The notes beneath the pieces are model-generated. The model was given only the letters and a program-made list of their open reading frames with translations, was not told where the DNA came from and searched no databases. Positions 1 to 9,617 of a DNA stretch of 64,000 nt are shown in pieces. Made by a program: the position numbers and the translations under genes. The stretch is from a bacterium (GTDB lineage Bacteria; Patescibacteriota; Dojkabacteria; B142; OLB20), in assembly GCA_021463645.1 (NCBI GenBank), contig JAJTYI010000001.1, positions 33,803-97,802 of the forward strand. Direction: 5' to 3'. Each line of letters begins with the position of its first letter. Positions within the stretch are counted from its first letter, which is position 1.

Positions 1-12
1 TTATCTAAAAAT

Positions 13-1608
13 GTGACATACAAAGGTCGATCTCTGAATGAAGCAGACGAAAGTAAACTTGAGCAATTACTTCTGCGAGCCAAAGATGAAGGGAGAAATC
101 CTATGGTCTTGATCTCTATTTGGGCGACTGAGAGTATATTCGGACTATATGGGAACAAAAATGAATTCAACTGCTTTGGTGACCCTCGACCTACTGATTT
201 CAATTCTTCTCTCGAGTGCGTTCTAAGAATACCCTACATGGTTGGGACATCTACTGATGAGTTTATTGACCGATACGGACCATATTGTGACAACGAAACA
301 TATGCTACTGGAGAAGGTGATGGAGGGGTTGAGATAATATGCCCTGATGACGATGGTACTACACCTGGATGTCTTGTATCACCTGTTAGCCCTCAGAATA
401 TAGTCACACAATGTTTTGGTTCCACCGATAAAATGGATGCTACTAATGCAAATTGTTTTGCCGCATTTCCATACGAAACACTTTCATATTATTTATATGG
501 AGACGATGAGGTTCCTTTCCACTCTGGCCTTGACATTGGACAGACTAGTCAGGAACAGAGGAAAGTTTTTGCTTCCGGAAAAGGGGTAGTCAAAGATGCC
601 AGTTTTGATACAGAATGGGGATTTGGTAACTATGTGATTATCGAGCATACCATGAGCAATTCAAGTACAGTATTCTATACAGCGTATGCTCATTTGGAAT
701 CAATTTCGGTAACGATTAACCAATCTGTCGACTATAATACACAGATAGGCGTAATGGGTGACACGGGTAATAGTGATGGGGTACATCTACATTTCCAAGT
801 GATGAAATATGATGGTAAGTATACTGGAAGAATTAAAAATATACTCGGAACTGTTGGAGCAGGACCTCATCTAGTTGATCCAACAGACATTGTTTTAAGA
901 GATAGAACGAAGGCAGATGAAACTTGTTCAGTACCAATAGTTGAACCAGAAGATGAAGTGAGTGCTGATGGAATAACACGCTTCAATCTTGATGGGGTAC
1001 TAGTCTTTAAAATAGATAAAGACGAATATACACCTGCACTTGAGTGGGATGGAAATGGTAAATTATTAAGTGACTGGAGCAATTCCAATGAATCAGAAGT
1101 GATAATCAATGGTTCGCTTTTTGAAGGGACATCCCCACTAACAGCATCGGGCAGACTCAAAATCAGAGGAAATGTAATTCAAGACACAGCTAGCTCTGGA
1201 TTTAACTCGAGAACCGGGCAGGGTTATTTAGGATTTAACACTAATGATTTTAAAATTGATACAAGTCACGGTTTCAACTTTAATTCACATTCAAATCTAT
1301 TGGAAAGTCTACCCGTTTTAATCACAGATGGTCGAAAATACACATCAAATACAAGTATCGTAAGGCAAAACACTGCGGTAGGATACGACGCAGAAGGTAA
1401 CTACATTGTTACTATAGTGACCACAAATGGCACACATAGTTATTCAAGAATTGCTGACTTAGTTTTATCTTCTGGCTTAGGAGTAAAATCACTGCTTAAT
1501 TTAGACGGTGGCGGTTCCACGGGTATCGTTGTCAAAACAGACGGACTTGAAATGGTTTCATCTCCAGGTAGATTAATTCCTGGGATAGTTACATTTAATA
1601 AAAATTAA
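13..1608 (+). CDS. Multidomain cell-wall hydrolase: GH73-like glucosaminidase remnant + M23 (LytM-type) metallopeptidase + C-terminal phosphodiester-glycosidase (NAGPA/DUF2233-like) domain. Probably 5'-truncated by the window edge.
   Basis: The frame is open back to nt 1 with no upstream stop. WATESIFG...NCFG resembles the GH73 ESgwG...NlFG pattern. HSGLD (HxxxD) and GDTGNSDGVHLHFQV (HxH) are M23 motifs. LNLDGGGSTG near the C-terminus is typical of NAGPA-type domains. Confidence 0.7.
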   Translation: MTYKGRSLNEADESKLEQLLLRAKDEGRNPMVLISIWATESIFGLYGNKNEFNCFGDPRPTDFNSSLECVLRIPYMVGTSTDEFIDRYGPYCDNETYATGEGDGGVEIICPDDDGTTPGCLVSPVSPQNIVTQCFGSTDKMDATNANCFAAFPYETLSYYLYGDDEVPFHSGLDIGQTSQEQRKVFASGKGVVKDASFDTEWGFGNYVIIEHTMSNSSTVFYTAYAHLESISVTINQSVDYNTQIGVMGDTGNSDGVHLHFQVMKYDGKYTGRIKNILGTVGAGPHLVDPTDIVLRDRTKADETCSVPIVEPEDEVSADGITRFNLDGVLVFKIDKDEYTPALEWDGNGKLLSDWSNSNESEVIINGSLFEGTSPLTASGRLKIRGNVIQDTASSGFNSRTGQGYLGFNTNDFKIDTSHGFNFNSHSNLLESLPVLITDGRKYTSNTSIVRQNTAVGYDAEGNYIVTIVTTNGTHSYSRIADLVLSSGLGVKSLLNLDGGGSTGIVVKTDGLEMVSSPGRLIPGIVTFNKN

Positions 1609-2145
1609 ATGCGTATAAATACAAATTTTATAAAAAACAAAACAAATAATATATTTAAAAGTAGAGATGGTTCTCGTTCACTCGTTAGAGAAACCAGGAT
1701 TGTTTTGTTATTGGTTTTTATACTTTTCTTTATCTCCGTCTTTTATATTCTATACATTTCGGACGATAGTCCATTAAACAGAAATAGAAACAACAATGAT
1801 CAACAATTAGGCATTGGAGCTGGTGTTCCCTATACAACACCTAGAGAAGTCGAGTGGAAAATCGACCTTCCAGAAAACTACAGTATCAAAGATAATGATA
1901 GTTACGAAACTGAATACTTCGGAATTTACTATAACGATATGAATAAGCGTTATTATGTAAATATATACAATGGGGATGATTATAGGTTCGATGAAATAAA
2001 ACTATTTATAGTGGACAATGTTATTCTCAAAGTGAAAGATTTTGAAGATGTAGATAGATTTCCAAACGGACTAATCACATTTAGAGATCTTCGAGATAGT
2101 AATATTGAAGAATTCGACCTAGATACCTTCGAAGCAAACCCTTAA
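1609..2145 (+). CDS. Hypothetical membrane-anchored protein (one N-terminal TM helix), translationally coupled to the hydrolase.
   Basis: The ATG directly abuts the upstream stop (TAAATG). The hydrophobic stretch IVLLLVFILFFISVFYILYI is present. No family was recognised. Confidence 0.55.
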   Translation: MRINTNFIKNKTNNIFKSRDGSRSLVRETRIVLLLVFILFFISVFYILYISDDSPLNRNRNNNDQQLGIGAGVPYTTPREVEWKIDLPENYSIKDNDSYETEYFGIYYNDMNKRYYVNIYNGDDYRFDEIKLFIVDNVILKVKDFEDVDRFPNGLITFRDLRDSNIEEFDLDTFEANP

Positions 2146-3836
2146 ACTTGGAATTCTGCAAGTTCAATTATTTCTGATTTCTCTTCACCCCTTTTCTTAA
2201 TTTCTACCCCATCTCCTGTCCTTTTTGATACTACTACTCTCCATGGTATTCCTATCAAATCCGAGTCAGCGAACTTCGAGCCTGGGTTTATTCCTTCTCT
2301 GTCATCATAGAGAACTTCTACCCCCTTCTCAGTTAGATATTTGTATGCTTGTTCTGCTTTATTCCTGATTTCAGAATCTTCTAAATTTAACCCCAAAAGA
2401 TGAACTTGATATGGGGCAACAGCATCAGGCCATATGATTCCTTTGTCATCGTGAGAAACTTCAACAATTGTAGCCATAGTTCTACCCAGTCCAATTCCAT
2501 AACATCCCATAAAGAACTCCTTCGACTTTCCATCAGAGTCGACAAAAACTGCGTCTCGCATTTTTTTAGAATAATGCTGACCAAGTTGAAAAATATTTCC
2601 AACTTCTATGCCTTTTTTCTCAATTAATTTTGATTTCCCATCTGGAGAAGTGAACCCACTTTGCGCTAATGCTACGTCACCTTCAATTTCATGTTTGAAA
2701 TCCCTTCCGTAGTTGACATTTATTGAATCGGTTTTCTCCTCTTTTTGACCACCAACGAAGTTCTTAACTGTTTTAAGTGAATTATCTGCAACAAAAGTTA
2801 CTTTATGATCACCATATCCCCAAGAATGTACCCATCCAGGCTTTGAACCAATCGAGATGATATCTTCATCAGTAGCATCATCTAGCAAACCCACTAGATT
2901 TAATAACTTCTCGAGCTTATTTTTATTTACCTGTAAATCACCACGAATAGTAACGATGTAAATGTGTCCATCAACTCTGTTCTTATAAACTACATTCTTT
3001 AAAAATCGTTCTGCGGGCAAATTGTAATTCTTGATATTGTCCTCCATCGTTCTGACCCATTCAGGTTGTTCTACTATTTCCATGTCTTTTATCTCTTCTT
3101 CTGGATTGACATCCTCCAACTTGAATTCAGCAACATCTTCGTGTGCAATGTAGCTTCCATCTTCAGAAACAAAATATTTACTCTCACCTACTTCACTTTC
3201 CACATCAAATTCATGGCAATATTCACCACCAAAGTAGCCATTATCAGCAGGAACAATATCAAATTTCAAACCAACTCTGGTGAAAATCCTGGAGTAAGTA
3301 TCACGCATGTTCTCATACTCTTTTTTGAAGTCCTGGTCATCTGTATGGAATGAATACGCGTCCTTCATAATGAATTCTCTAACACGCATCAAACCGCCTC
3401 TAGCACGTAACTCGTCTCGAAATTTGTAACCCATCTGGTAGACATTGAAAGGCATGTCTTTGTATGTTAATTGAAATCTCCTCACTACATCTACAAACAT
3501 TTCTTCTGCAGTTCCTCCTAATGCGAATCTCGCTCCTCTTCTATCTTGTACTGTCATCAGTTCATAACCACCGGATTTATCACGATTAGTTTCTTCCCAT
3601 AGTTCTATAGGATGCAAAATCGGTGCAGACATTTTCTGTGCACCGGATTTGTCCATTTCTTCTTCAACAATTCGAACAATCTTGTCAAAAACTCTTTGTC
3701 CCAGAGGTAACAGATAATATCTCCCAGCTGTTGATTCACGAATAAATCCAGCTTGATACAAAAGTTTGTGTGAAACCTGTGTCATATCTTTGAGAGGCTC
3801 ACGGACTGTTTTTCCGAACAAATTTGTGTATCGCAT
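2142..3836 (-). CDS. proS: Prolyl-tRNA synthetase (bacterial type).
   Basis: 564 aa. The N-terminus MRYTNLFGKTVREPLKD...HKLLYQAGFIRESTAGRYYLLPLG and the class II core motifs (FRDELRARGGLMRVREFIMKDAYSF) are present. Confidence 0.93.
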   Translation of the reverse strand: MRYTNLFGKTVREPLKDMTQVSHKLLYQAGFIRESTAGRYYLLPLGQRVFDKIVRIVEEEMDKSGAQKMSAPILHPIELWEETNRDKSGGYELMTVQDRRGARFALGGTAEEMFVDVVRRFQLTYKDMPFNVYQMGYKFRDELRARGGLMRVREFIMKDAYSFHTDDQDFKKEYENMRDTYSRIFTRVGLKFDIVPADNGYFGGEYCHEFDVESEVGESKYFVSEDGSYIAHEDVAEFKLEDVNPEEEIKDMEIVEQPEWVRTMEDNIKNYNLPAERFLKNVVYKNRVDGHIYIVTIRGDLQVNKNKLEKLLNLVGLLDDATDEDIISIGSKPGWVHSWGYGDHKVTFVADNSLKTVKNFVGGQKEEKTDSINVNYGRDFKHEIEGDVALAQSGFTSPDGKSKLIEKKGIEVGNIFQLGQHYSKKMRDAVFVDSDGKSKEFFMGCYGIGLGRTMATIVEVSHDDKGIIWPDAVAPYQVHLLGLNLEDSEIRNKAEQAYKYLTEKGVEVLYDDREGINPGSKFADSDLIGIPWRVVVSKRTGDGVEIKKRGEEKSEIIELAEFQV

Positions 3837-3869
3837 TTTGACTGTTTTCTAATTATTATTTTCCTACAG

Positions 3870-3889
3870 TTCCCCTTTTTCAAGGGGAA
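3870..3889. terminator. 8-bp stem hairpin (TTCCCCTT-tttc-AAGGGGAA) between ssb and proS. Possible ssb terminator or bidirectional hairpin.
   Basis: Perfect inverted repeat read directly. The T-rich tract is clearer on the plus side than on the minus side. Confidence 0.4.
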
Positions 3890-3929
3890 ATTATTTTAGT
3901 TTTATCTTAACTACTACCTTTCTAATGCA

Positions 3930-4382
3930 TTAGAAAGGTAAGTCATCAGGATCGATTATCTCTTCTGCATTACTTGCGGTTGATGATGTCGATTTTGTTG
4001 ATGGAGCACTTTTTTCGTAATCAGAAGAACCTGAAGGACCTTGTTCGTATCTACTTATCAAGCTAATTGTCTCAGCAACAATTTCTGTTTTGTAGTTTTT
4101 TTTACCTTCTTGGTCATCCCATGATCTAGTAGTAAGTCTTCCAGAGATATAAAGTCTAGTTCCTTTTTTTGCTCTTTGGGCAAGGTTCTCTGCTTGTCTT
4201 CCCCAAACCACTACATTATGGAAATTTGTTTCTTCCTGCCATTCATCACTGTTTTGTGATTTGTATCTGCGATTTGTAGCAACACCAAATGAAAGTACAG
4301 AAGTACCAGTGCCAGTCGTTCGGAGGTTTAAATCATTAGTAATATTTCCAATAATTTCTGCTCTATTTAAGTCTGTAAACAT
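3930..4382 (-). CDS. ssb: Single-stranded DNA-binding protein.
   Basis: OB-fold pattern (NRAEIIGNITNDLNLR...FHNVVVWGRQAEN...RLTTRSWDD) and an acidic C-terminal tip DPDDLPF. Confidence 0.92.
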   Translation of the reverse strand: MFTDLNRAEIIGNITNDLNLRTTGTGTSVLSFGVATNRRYKSQNSDEWQEETNFHNVVVWGRQAENLAQRAKKGTRLYISGRLTTRSWDDQEGKKNYKTEIVAETISLISRYEQGPSGSSDYEKSAPSTKSTSSTASNAEEIIDPDDLPF

Positions 4383-4408
4383 AATATGCTTGATAAAAAT
4401 TAAACTAT

Positions 4409-5380
4409 TTAGATAAGACGCAATTCGTCGTTTTGCTTACTTTGATAAACCTTCGTTCTAAGAATATTATCCCAATCAGAGAAATTATCATCTCTATTCT
4501 TACTTTTTCGTACTACTTTTTGAAAAATGCGAACTTGAGAGGATGAACTATCCAATTCACTGACAATTGCTGCTTCGATGGTAGAAGGTAATACAGGAGA
4601 ACCAAATTCTAGACTTCCATGATGAGAAAGAATGATATGTTTTAAAAGCATAAGTTGTTCATCATCTAATTTGTCACTTGCAGTTTTCTCGATAAATTCC
4701 AATCCCAATGCAATATGACCCAATAAATAGCCTCGAGGAGTCCTCTGAACAACCGTTCCCTCAACAGAAAGCTCATCAAGTTTACCAACATCGTGAAGAA
4801 TTATGCCCATTGTCACAATGTCCATGTTTGCTTCGGGATAGTATTTACTAATAGAACTCGAAAGCTCCAACATTTCGACCACATGCTCTAACAATCCACC
4901 CCTGAAAGAATGATGAATGTATTCTGCTGCTGGGTGAATTTTGTATTTTGAGCGGAATTCTTCCTCTTTAAATAATGATTGTAAATATTTCTTGATTTTA
5001 GTATCAGAAACCTCATCAACATATTTTTCCAAAATTTTCATTAATTCATCAAGATCGAAATCACTACCTTCGACATACTCGTCAAGTACCGCCTCACTCA
5101 CACCGTTTACTCTATCGATATTGAGCATCAATGAGCCCTTGAATTCTTCAACAACGGCATCTATCACGACAACTTTTCCTACTTTTAGTGATGATTTTTC
5201 AACCTGTGCAAATTTATCACCCCAAATGTTGCCAGAAATGGCACCTGTTTTATCAATCAAAGTCACCCTATAATAGGGTTTCTTTGCTTTTGTTTCTGTT
5301 AATTGGACTTCTTTAACTGCAAAAGTTTCTCCACTTAAGGACATACCCTTTTGTAAGTCAGATGTATAATACGTTTTCAT
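4409..5380 (-). CDS. OB-fold + HD-domain 3'-5' exoribonuclease, YhaM/Cbf1-like.
   Basis: N-terminal OB-like region, then HD-domain motifs HHSFRGGLLEHV and ILHDVGK. Confidence 0.7.
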   Translation of the reverse strand: MKTYYTSDLQKGMSLSGETFAVKEVQLTETKAKKPYYRVTLIDKTGAISGNIWGDKFAQVEKSSLKVGKVVVIDAVVEEFKGSLMLNIDRVNGVSEAVLDEYVEGSDFDLDELMKILEKYVDEVSDTKIKKYLQSLFKEEEFRSKYKIHPAAEYIHHSFRGGLLEHVVEMLELSSSISKYYPEANMDIVTMGIILHDVGKLDELSVEGTVVQRTPRGYLLGHIALGLEFIEKTASDKLDDEQLMLLKHIILSHHGSLEFGSPVLPSTIEAAIVSELDSSSSQVRIFQKVVRKSKNRDDNFSDWDNILRTKVYQSKQNDELRLI

Positions 5381-5434
5381 AAAAATCTATAAACTATAGG
5401 AGAATTAAACTATGTTTGGATTCAAATAGTCAAG

Positions 5435-5821
5435 TCAAGAACGAATCTCTAAGTATTGTTTAACAGCACTTACAAGATCATCAGGTTCTGTTTCTGATTT
5501 AAGTAGATAACCAGAAGCACCAATCTTCATAGCTTTATCAACAGCTAAATCTCCGCCTATGTTTGTTAACATAACAACTTTTGTTTCTCCATACTTATCT
5601 GGAAATTTCTTAATCTCTTCTAAAATTGATATACCATCTTTGTCAGGCATAACAATATCTAATAGCACTAAGTCATATCTAACATTCATCATTCTCTCTA
5701 AAGCAATTAATCCACCTTCTGCACCATCAACTTCAAAACCTTCTTCTGTCAGGATATCTTTAAAAATCTCCAATGCATCTGGTTCGTCTTCGACTACAAG
5801 TATTTTTCTTTTGTCTTCCAT
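5435..5821 (-). CDS. Stand-alone response-regulator receiver domain (CheY-like), with no output domain.
   Basis: KILVVEDEPD, DLVLLDIVMPDKDG and MLTN motifs. 128 aa. No histidine kinase is present in the window. Confidence 0.85.
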   Translation of the reverse strand: MEDKRKILVVEDEPDALEIFKDILTEEGFEVDGAEGGLIALERMMNVRYDLVLLDIVMPDKDGISILEEIKKFPDKYGETKVVMLTNIGGDLAVDKAMKIGASGYLLKSETEPDDLVSAVKQYLEIRS

Positions 5822-5883
5822 TTTAAGAGCAGATAATAATAACTATGAATATATTACAATGTATAAAAGATTTTTGCTAATTT

Positions 5884-6189
5884 TTAAAAGAGTTGGGTAG
5901 TAAAATTACTTCCGTAATAGAAATAATATGCTAACCAATATAAAATCACTACCCCAATTGATGTAAGGATTTGTGTCAGATTCTTTAACGCTCCTGCGAA
6001 ATTAAAAGTCAGCGTTGAAAATAGTATTTTAATTAATTTGAAGAAAAATTGGAATACAGTTGATACTGTAGTCAGAAGTAAAGCAAGAAAGACGGCTTCT
6101 CTGACATCTTTTGTATAAAAATAATAAATTCCACCAACGACTAATAGTGGGGAAACAACGACATTCAACAGAAAACTGATTAATTTCAT
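5884..6189 (-). CDS. Small polytopic membrane protein, hypothetical.
   Basis: Three hydrophobic helices. The stop lies 1 nt from the upstream M20 gene. Confidence 0.5.
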   Translation of the reverse strand: MKLISFLLNVVVSPLLVVGGIYYFYTKDVREAVFLALLLTTVSTVFQFFFKLIKILFSTLTFNFAGALKNLTQILTSIGVVILYWLAYYFYYGSNFTTQLF

Positions 6190-6190
6190 T

Positions 6191-7525
6191 TTAGGAACTT
6201 AAGAACTTATAACTAAACTCTAATGCTTTTCTTAAGCTTTGTAAATCGAAATTTTCATCTACAGCATGCATATTACAATCTTCATTAGCTAGGGCAACCA
6301 TTAACATGTCTGTTTTCAAAATATTTGTAAAATCTACGACGATCGGTAATGTCGCCCCATTAAAGTCATACAAAACATCTTTACTATGTATTTGTTCTAA
6401 CAATTTTACAGCCTTTTTTGTAAATTTATTTTCTGGGTTTAACATTATTGGCTTCACAGTGCCTTCTGTTTTTTCTGGTTTAGCAAAATCAAAATCTGCA
6501 TACTCGGGCAACATCTTTCTTGTAAACATCTTAAACTTCTCTAAAATCTCTTCTGGATTTTGACAAGGAACAAGCCTAAAATTAAATTTAATTACTGTTT
6601 GAGAAGGGATACTATTCCTATATCCAGAACCAGTGTAACCAGATTCCAGGCCAGTGACCTCCACTGTTGGCCTTAAACCTGTTTGTGAATAGAAATTGTG
6701 GCCATTTTCTAATAATACTGCTTTAGTACCAGTTAAATCAGAAAATTCATCATCATTGAAAGGGATTTTTCTTGTGAGTTCAAGATATTTTTCATCTGGT
6801 TTAATTACATTTTCATAAAAACCGTCAATATTGACTAAACTTTCACTACTTCGTAGCTTACTAATAAATTCACTTGCGATTTGAGCAGAGTTAGGTACCG
6901 CACCTCCAAACAAACCCGAATGTAAGTCTTTGTTCGAAGTTCTGATTGTAAGAGTGGTATTGAAGACACCTCTCAGACTCATCTCGATGGTAGGATGATT
7001 TTTAAGAAGTGCACTGTCAGAGATCAAAATTAAATCGGATCTTAACTTTTGTTTATGCTTTTCAAGCAGTTTTCCAATATTTGGCGAACCAGTTTCTTCA
7101 TTTCCTTCGATAAGAAATTTTACATTATACTTAAGCTTATTTTTTCTAATTAACTCAAGCACGCTAACCAAATGAACTAACATTTGCCCTTTGTTATCCA
7201 CGATTCCCCTTGCATAAAGTCTGCCTTTTTCATTTCTCACAACAAATGGATTAGTTCCCCATTCGTCTTCTGAAGCTGGTTGGACATCATAATGTCCATA
7301 TATCAATACGGTTGGGAATGATTCGTCAACAACGAACTCCGAAATAATAACTGGATTGTCATAGCCTCTTATTATTTCCGCTTTAAAATGATTACTAACA
7401 AAAAGCTTTTCAAGCCAGTCTACTGTTTTATTAATTTCATCGGTGGCATCAAGCGTCGAAATAGAACGAAAAGATATGTACTCATCAACTAGGGAAATAT
7501 AAACATTAAATAAATCGTCGACCAT
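6191..7525 (-). CDS. M20-family metallopeptidase/dipeptidase (ArgE/DapE/CPG2-like).
   Basis: VLIYGHYDVQPA...WGTNPF...GRLYARGIVDNKGQ and EGNEETGS motifs. Confidence 0.8.
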   Translation of the reverse strand: MVDDLFNVYISLVDEYISFRSISTLDATDEINKTVDWLEKLFVSNHFKAEIIRGYDNPVIISEFVVDESFPTVLIYGHYDVQPASEDEWGTNPFVVRNEKGRLYARGIVDNKGQMLVHLVSVLELIRKNKLKYNVKFLIEGNEETGSPNIGKLLEKHKQKLRSDLILISDSALLKNHPTIEMSLRGVFNTTLTIRTSNKDLHSGLFGGAVPNSAQIASEFISKLRSSESLVNIDGFYENVIKPDEKYLELTRKIPFNDDEFSDLTGTKAVLLENGHNFYSQTGLRPTVEVTGLESGYTGSGYRNSIPSQTVIKFNFRLVPCQNPEEILEKFKMFTRKMLPEYADFDFAKPEKTEGTVKPIMLNPENKFTKKAVKLLEQIHSKDVLYDFNGATLPIVVDFTNILKTDMLMVALANEDCNMHAVDENFDLQSLRKALEFSYKFLSS

Positions 7526-7534
7526 TTTAATCGT

Positions 7535-8182
7535 TTAACGATATTTGTTGGCAATAGACATCACAGATTCCTTATTGCGTTTTTCTTTATTTGATAGGAT
7601 GAATGGAATTACCTCGTTATATATAGTATTGTCATCTTTGATAACAAAAATTTTCCCACCAAATTTATTAACTATGTTTTGATAAAACTGGAACTTCTCA
7701 AGATCATATCTTGCCGATATCAGTCTCTCTTGAATTTTTTCATTAACAAATTTTTGTTGTTCTGGAGTCATATTTTCAAAACCATCTCTTCTACGTACAC
7801 GATTCTCAATCAGTCCGAAATTACTAAGCTCAACATGTAACATAATTGGCATAAATCCTGGGACTTTCACCATAAAATTTGCTAAATTCTCGAGAGTAAT
7901 CGCTAAAGTTATATTTTTATCTCTATTTTGTGCATAATCTTGTCTCCTCCAACCATAATTATTATTCAAATATTTCATGGTAAATATAAAGTCGGGCAAC
8001 ATTGTTTGAAACTCTTCTTTGAGAATTGGAACAATATTGGTTGCCCCTTCTTCTTCTTTTCTCAATTCTTCTCTGTCAGTATATTTAGGCCAGGCATAAA
8101 AACCATGTTTGTTTTGTAGCTCAAGTTCCAGGAATGTTTTACCTACACCAGTGATTCCAACGATAACGAAATTTTGTAGCAT
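7535..8182 (-). CDS. P-loop kinase-like protein, distantly guanylate-kinase-like.
   Basis: Walker A GITGVGKT. A YTDRE...YGW spacing is reminiscent of guanylate kinases. The family assignment is weak. Confidence 0.5.
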   Translation of the reverse strand: MLQNFVIVGITGVGKTFLELELQNKHGFYAWPKYTDREELRKEEEGATNIVPILKEEFQTMLPDFIFTMKYLNNNYGWRRQDYAQNRDKNITLAITLENLANFMVKVPGFMPIMLHVELSNFGLIENRVRRRDGFENMTPEQQKFVNEKIQERLISARYDLEKFQFYQNIVNKFGGKIFVIKDDNTIYNEVIPFILSNKEKRNKESVMSIANKYR

Positions 8183-8202
8183 TAGATTATTTTAAATAAT
8201 AA

Positions 8203-8820
8203 TTATTCGGTAGCTTGTTGTTGCGATTTTGCTTGATCAATTTTTTCCTGAATAGCATTTCTTAATTGTTCCTCAGGATTTGTTGACATTGTTAATCTTT
8301 TTCCATTTAATACAAATGTTGGAGTAGAATCATAACCTCTATCCTCTGCTTCTTTATTGTCATTATCAACTCTCGCTATTACGTCTGGGTTCTGTAAATC
8401 ACTTTTGAATTTATCAATATCCAACTCTAACTCTTGTGCATAATTTAATAAGTCTTCATCTGTAAGATTGTCTTGATTCTCAAATAGAATTCTATAATAT
8501 TCCTCAAATTTGCCCTGTTCTCTGGCAGCTTCAGATGCTACAGCAGAAGTGTAAGCATATTCATGAATTGTGGTTAGTGGAAGATGTTTATATTGAAAAT
8601 CTAGTTCCTCCGAGCTAAATTCAGAACGGACTTTCTCAACTACTGGATAGTATGCTCCACAAGCTGGACATTGAAAATCTGAGAATTCCTCTAAAACTAC
8701 AGGTAGTTCTACAACTTCTTCTGTTTTGTTTGCTTTTATGAAATAAACTAAACCTGCAAACAATCCAATACCTAGGACTATAGAGATAACTAAAACAATA
8801 TTTGTATTTAAATTTTTCAT
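8203..8820 (-). CDS. DsbA-like thioredoxin-fold thiol:disulfide oxidoreductase, membrane-anchored.
   Basis: CPAC active site (FSDFQCPACG) and an N-terminal anchor. The start was moved to the ATG at 8820 (MKNLNTNIV...), because the track start at 8844 is a GTG. Confidence 0.8.
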   Translation of the reverse strand: MKNLNTNIVLVISIVLGIGLFAGLVYFIKANKTEEVVELPVVLEEFSDFQCPACGAYYPVVEKVRSEFSSEELDFQYKHLPLTTIHEYAYTSAVASEAAREQGKFEEYYRILFENQDNLTDEDLLNYAQELELDIDKFKSDLQNPDVIARVDNDNKEAEDRGYDSTPTFVLNGKRLTMSTNPEEQLRNAIQEKIDQAKSQQQATE

Positions 8821-8930
8821 AGGAAAATAATTAATAGAAATCACATTCTAGCAAAGATTACAATTTCGCACCATTAGAGAGAGTGATATTTGCTATAATA
8901 TTTACATATAAATTTTTTTTATTAACCAAA

Positions 8931-9617
8931 ATGTTTATAGATCCACTTTATATTATTTTTGCATTACCTGCTCTAGCGCTGGGAATCGTTGCGCAGATTT
9001 TACTCAAGATTTGGACTAGTCAATATTTCAAACAAACTCCAATTAGTAACTTTAACGGTGCACAAACTGTTGAGAAGATTTCTAATAATCACAATTTTGA
9101 TATTAGCCTCGCATTAACAAATCAACATCTTGGTGACAACTATAATCCAACTAATCACGTTTTAACACTATCCAAAGAAATTGCTGAGAAACCATCCATT
9201 ACATCTGTAGGTATTGCTGCACATGAACTTGGACACGTACAGCAACATATGTCGGGTAGCGCACTGATCAAATTGAGAACCGCCTTAGTTCCTGCATTAA
9301 ACATAGGTACAAATATTGGATATTTTCTACTAATTGGTGGAATTATCCTTGGCCTATCAAACCTTGCATGGCTGGGAATTGTTTTGTTCTCTGGTGCGAC
9401 TTTCTTTAGCGTAATCACCCTACCAATAGAAATCGATGCAAGCCGAAGAGCACTCAAGCTTATTAATCAAGAGCAAATTTTACTTCCACAAGAAATTCCA
9501 GGTGTTAAGAAAGTCTTATCTGCAGCAGCATTGACTTATGTAGCAGCGACTATTCAGTCGATAGGAACTCTCTTATATTTCATCTTGAGGGTGCAAGGAA
9601 TTGGCAGGAGAAATTAA
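8931..9617 (+). CDS. Membrane zinc metallopeptidase, YugP-like family.
   Basis: MFIDPLY N-terminus, a HELGH zinc motif and C-terminal TM helices. The ATG at 8931 is preferred over the GTG at 8883. Confidence 0.75.
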   Translation: MFIDPLYIIFALPALALGIVAQILLKIWTSQYFKQTPISNFNGAQTVEKISNNHNFDISLALTNQHLGDNYNPTNHVLTLSKEIAEKPSITSVGIAAHELGHVQQHMSGSALIKLRTALVPALNIGTNIGYFLLIGGIILGLSNLAWLGIVLFSGATFFSVITLPIEIDASRRALKLINQEQILLPQEIPGVKKVLSAAALTYVAATIQSIGTLLYFILRVQGIGRRN

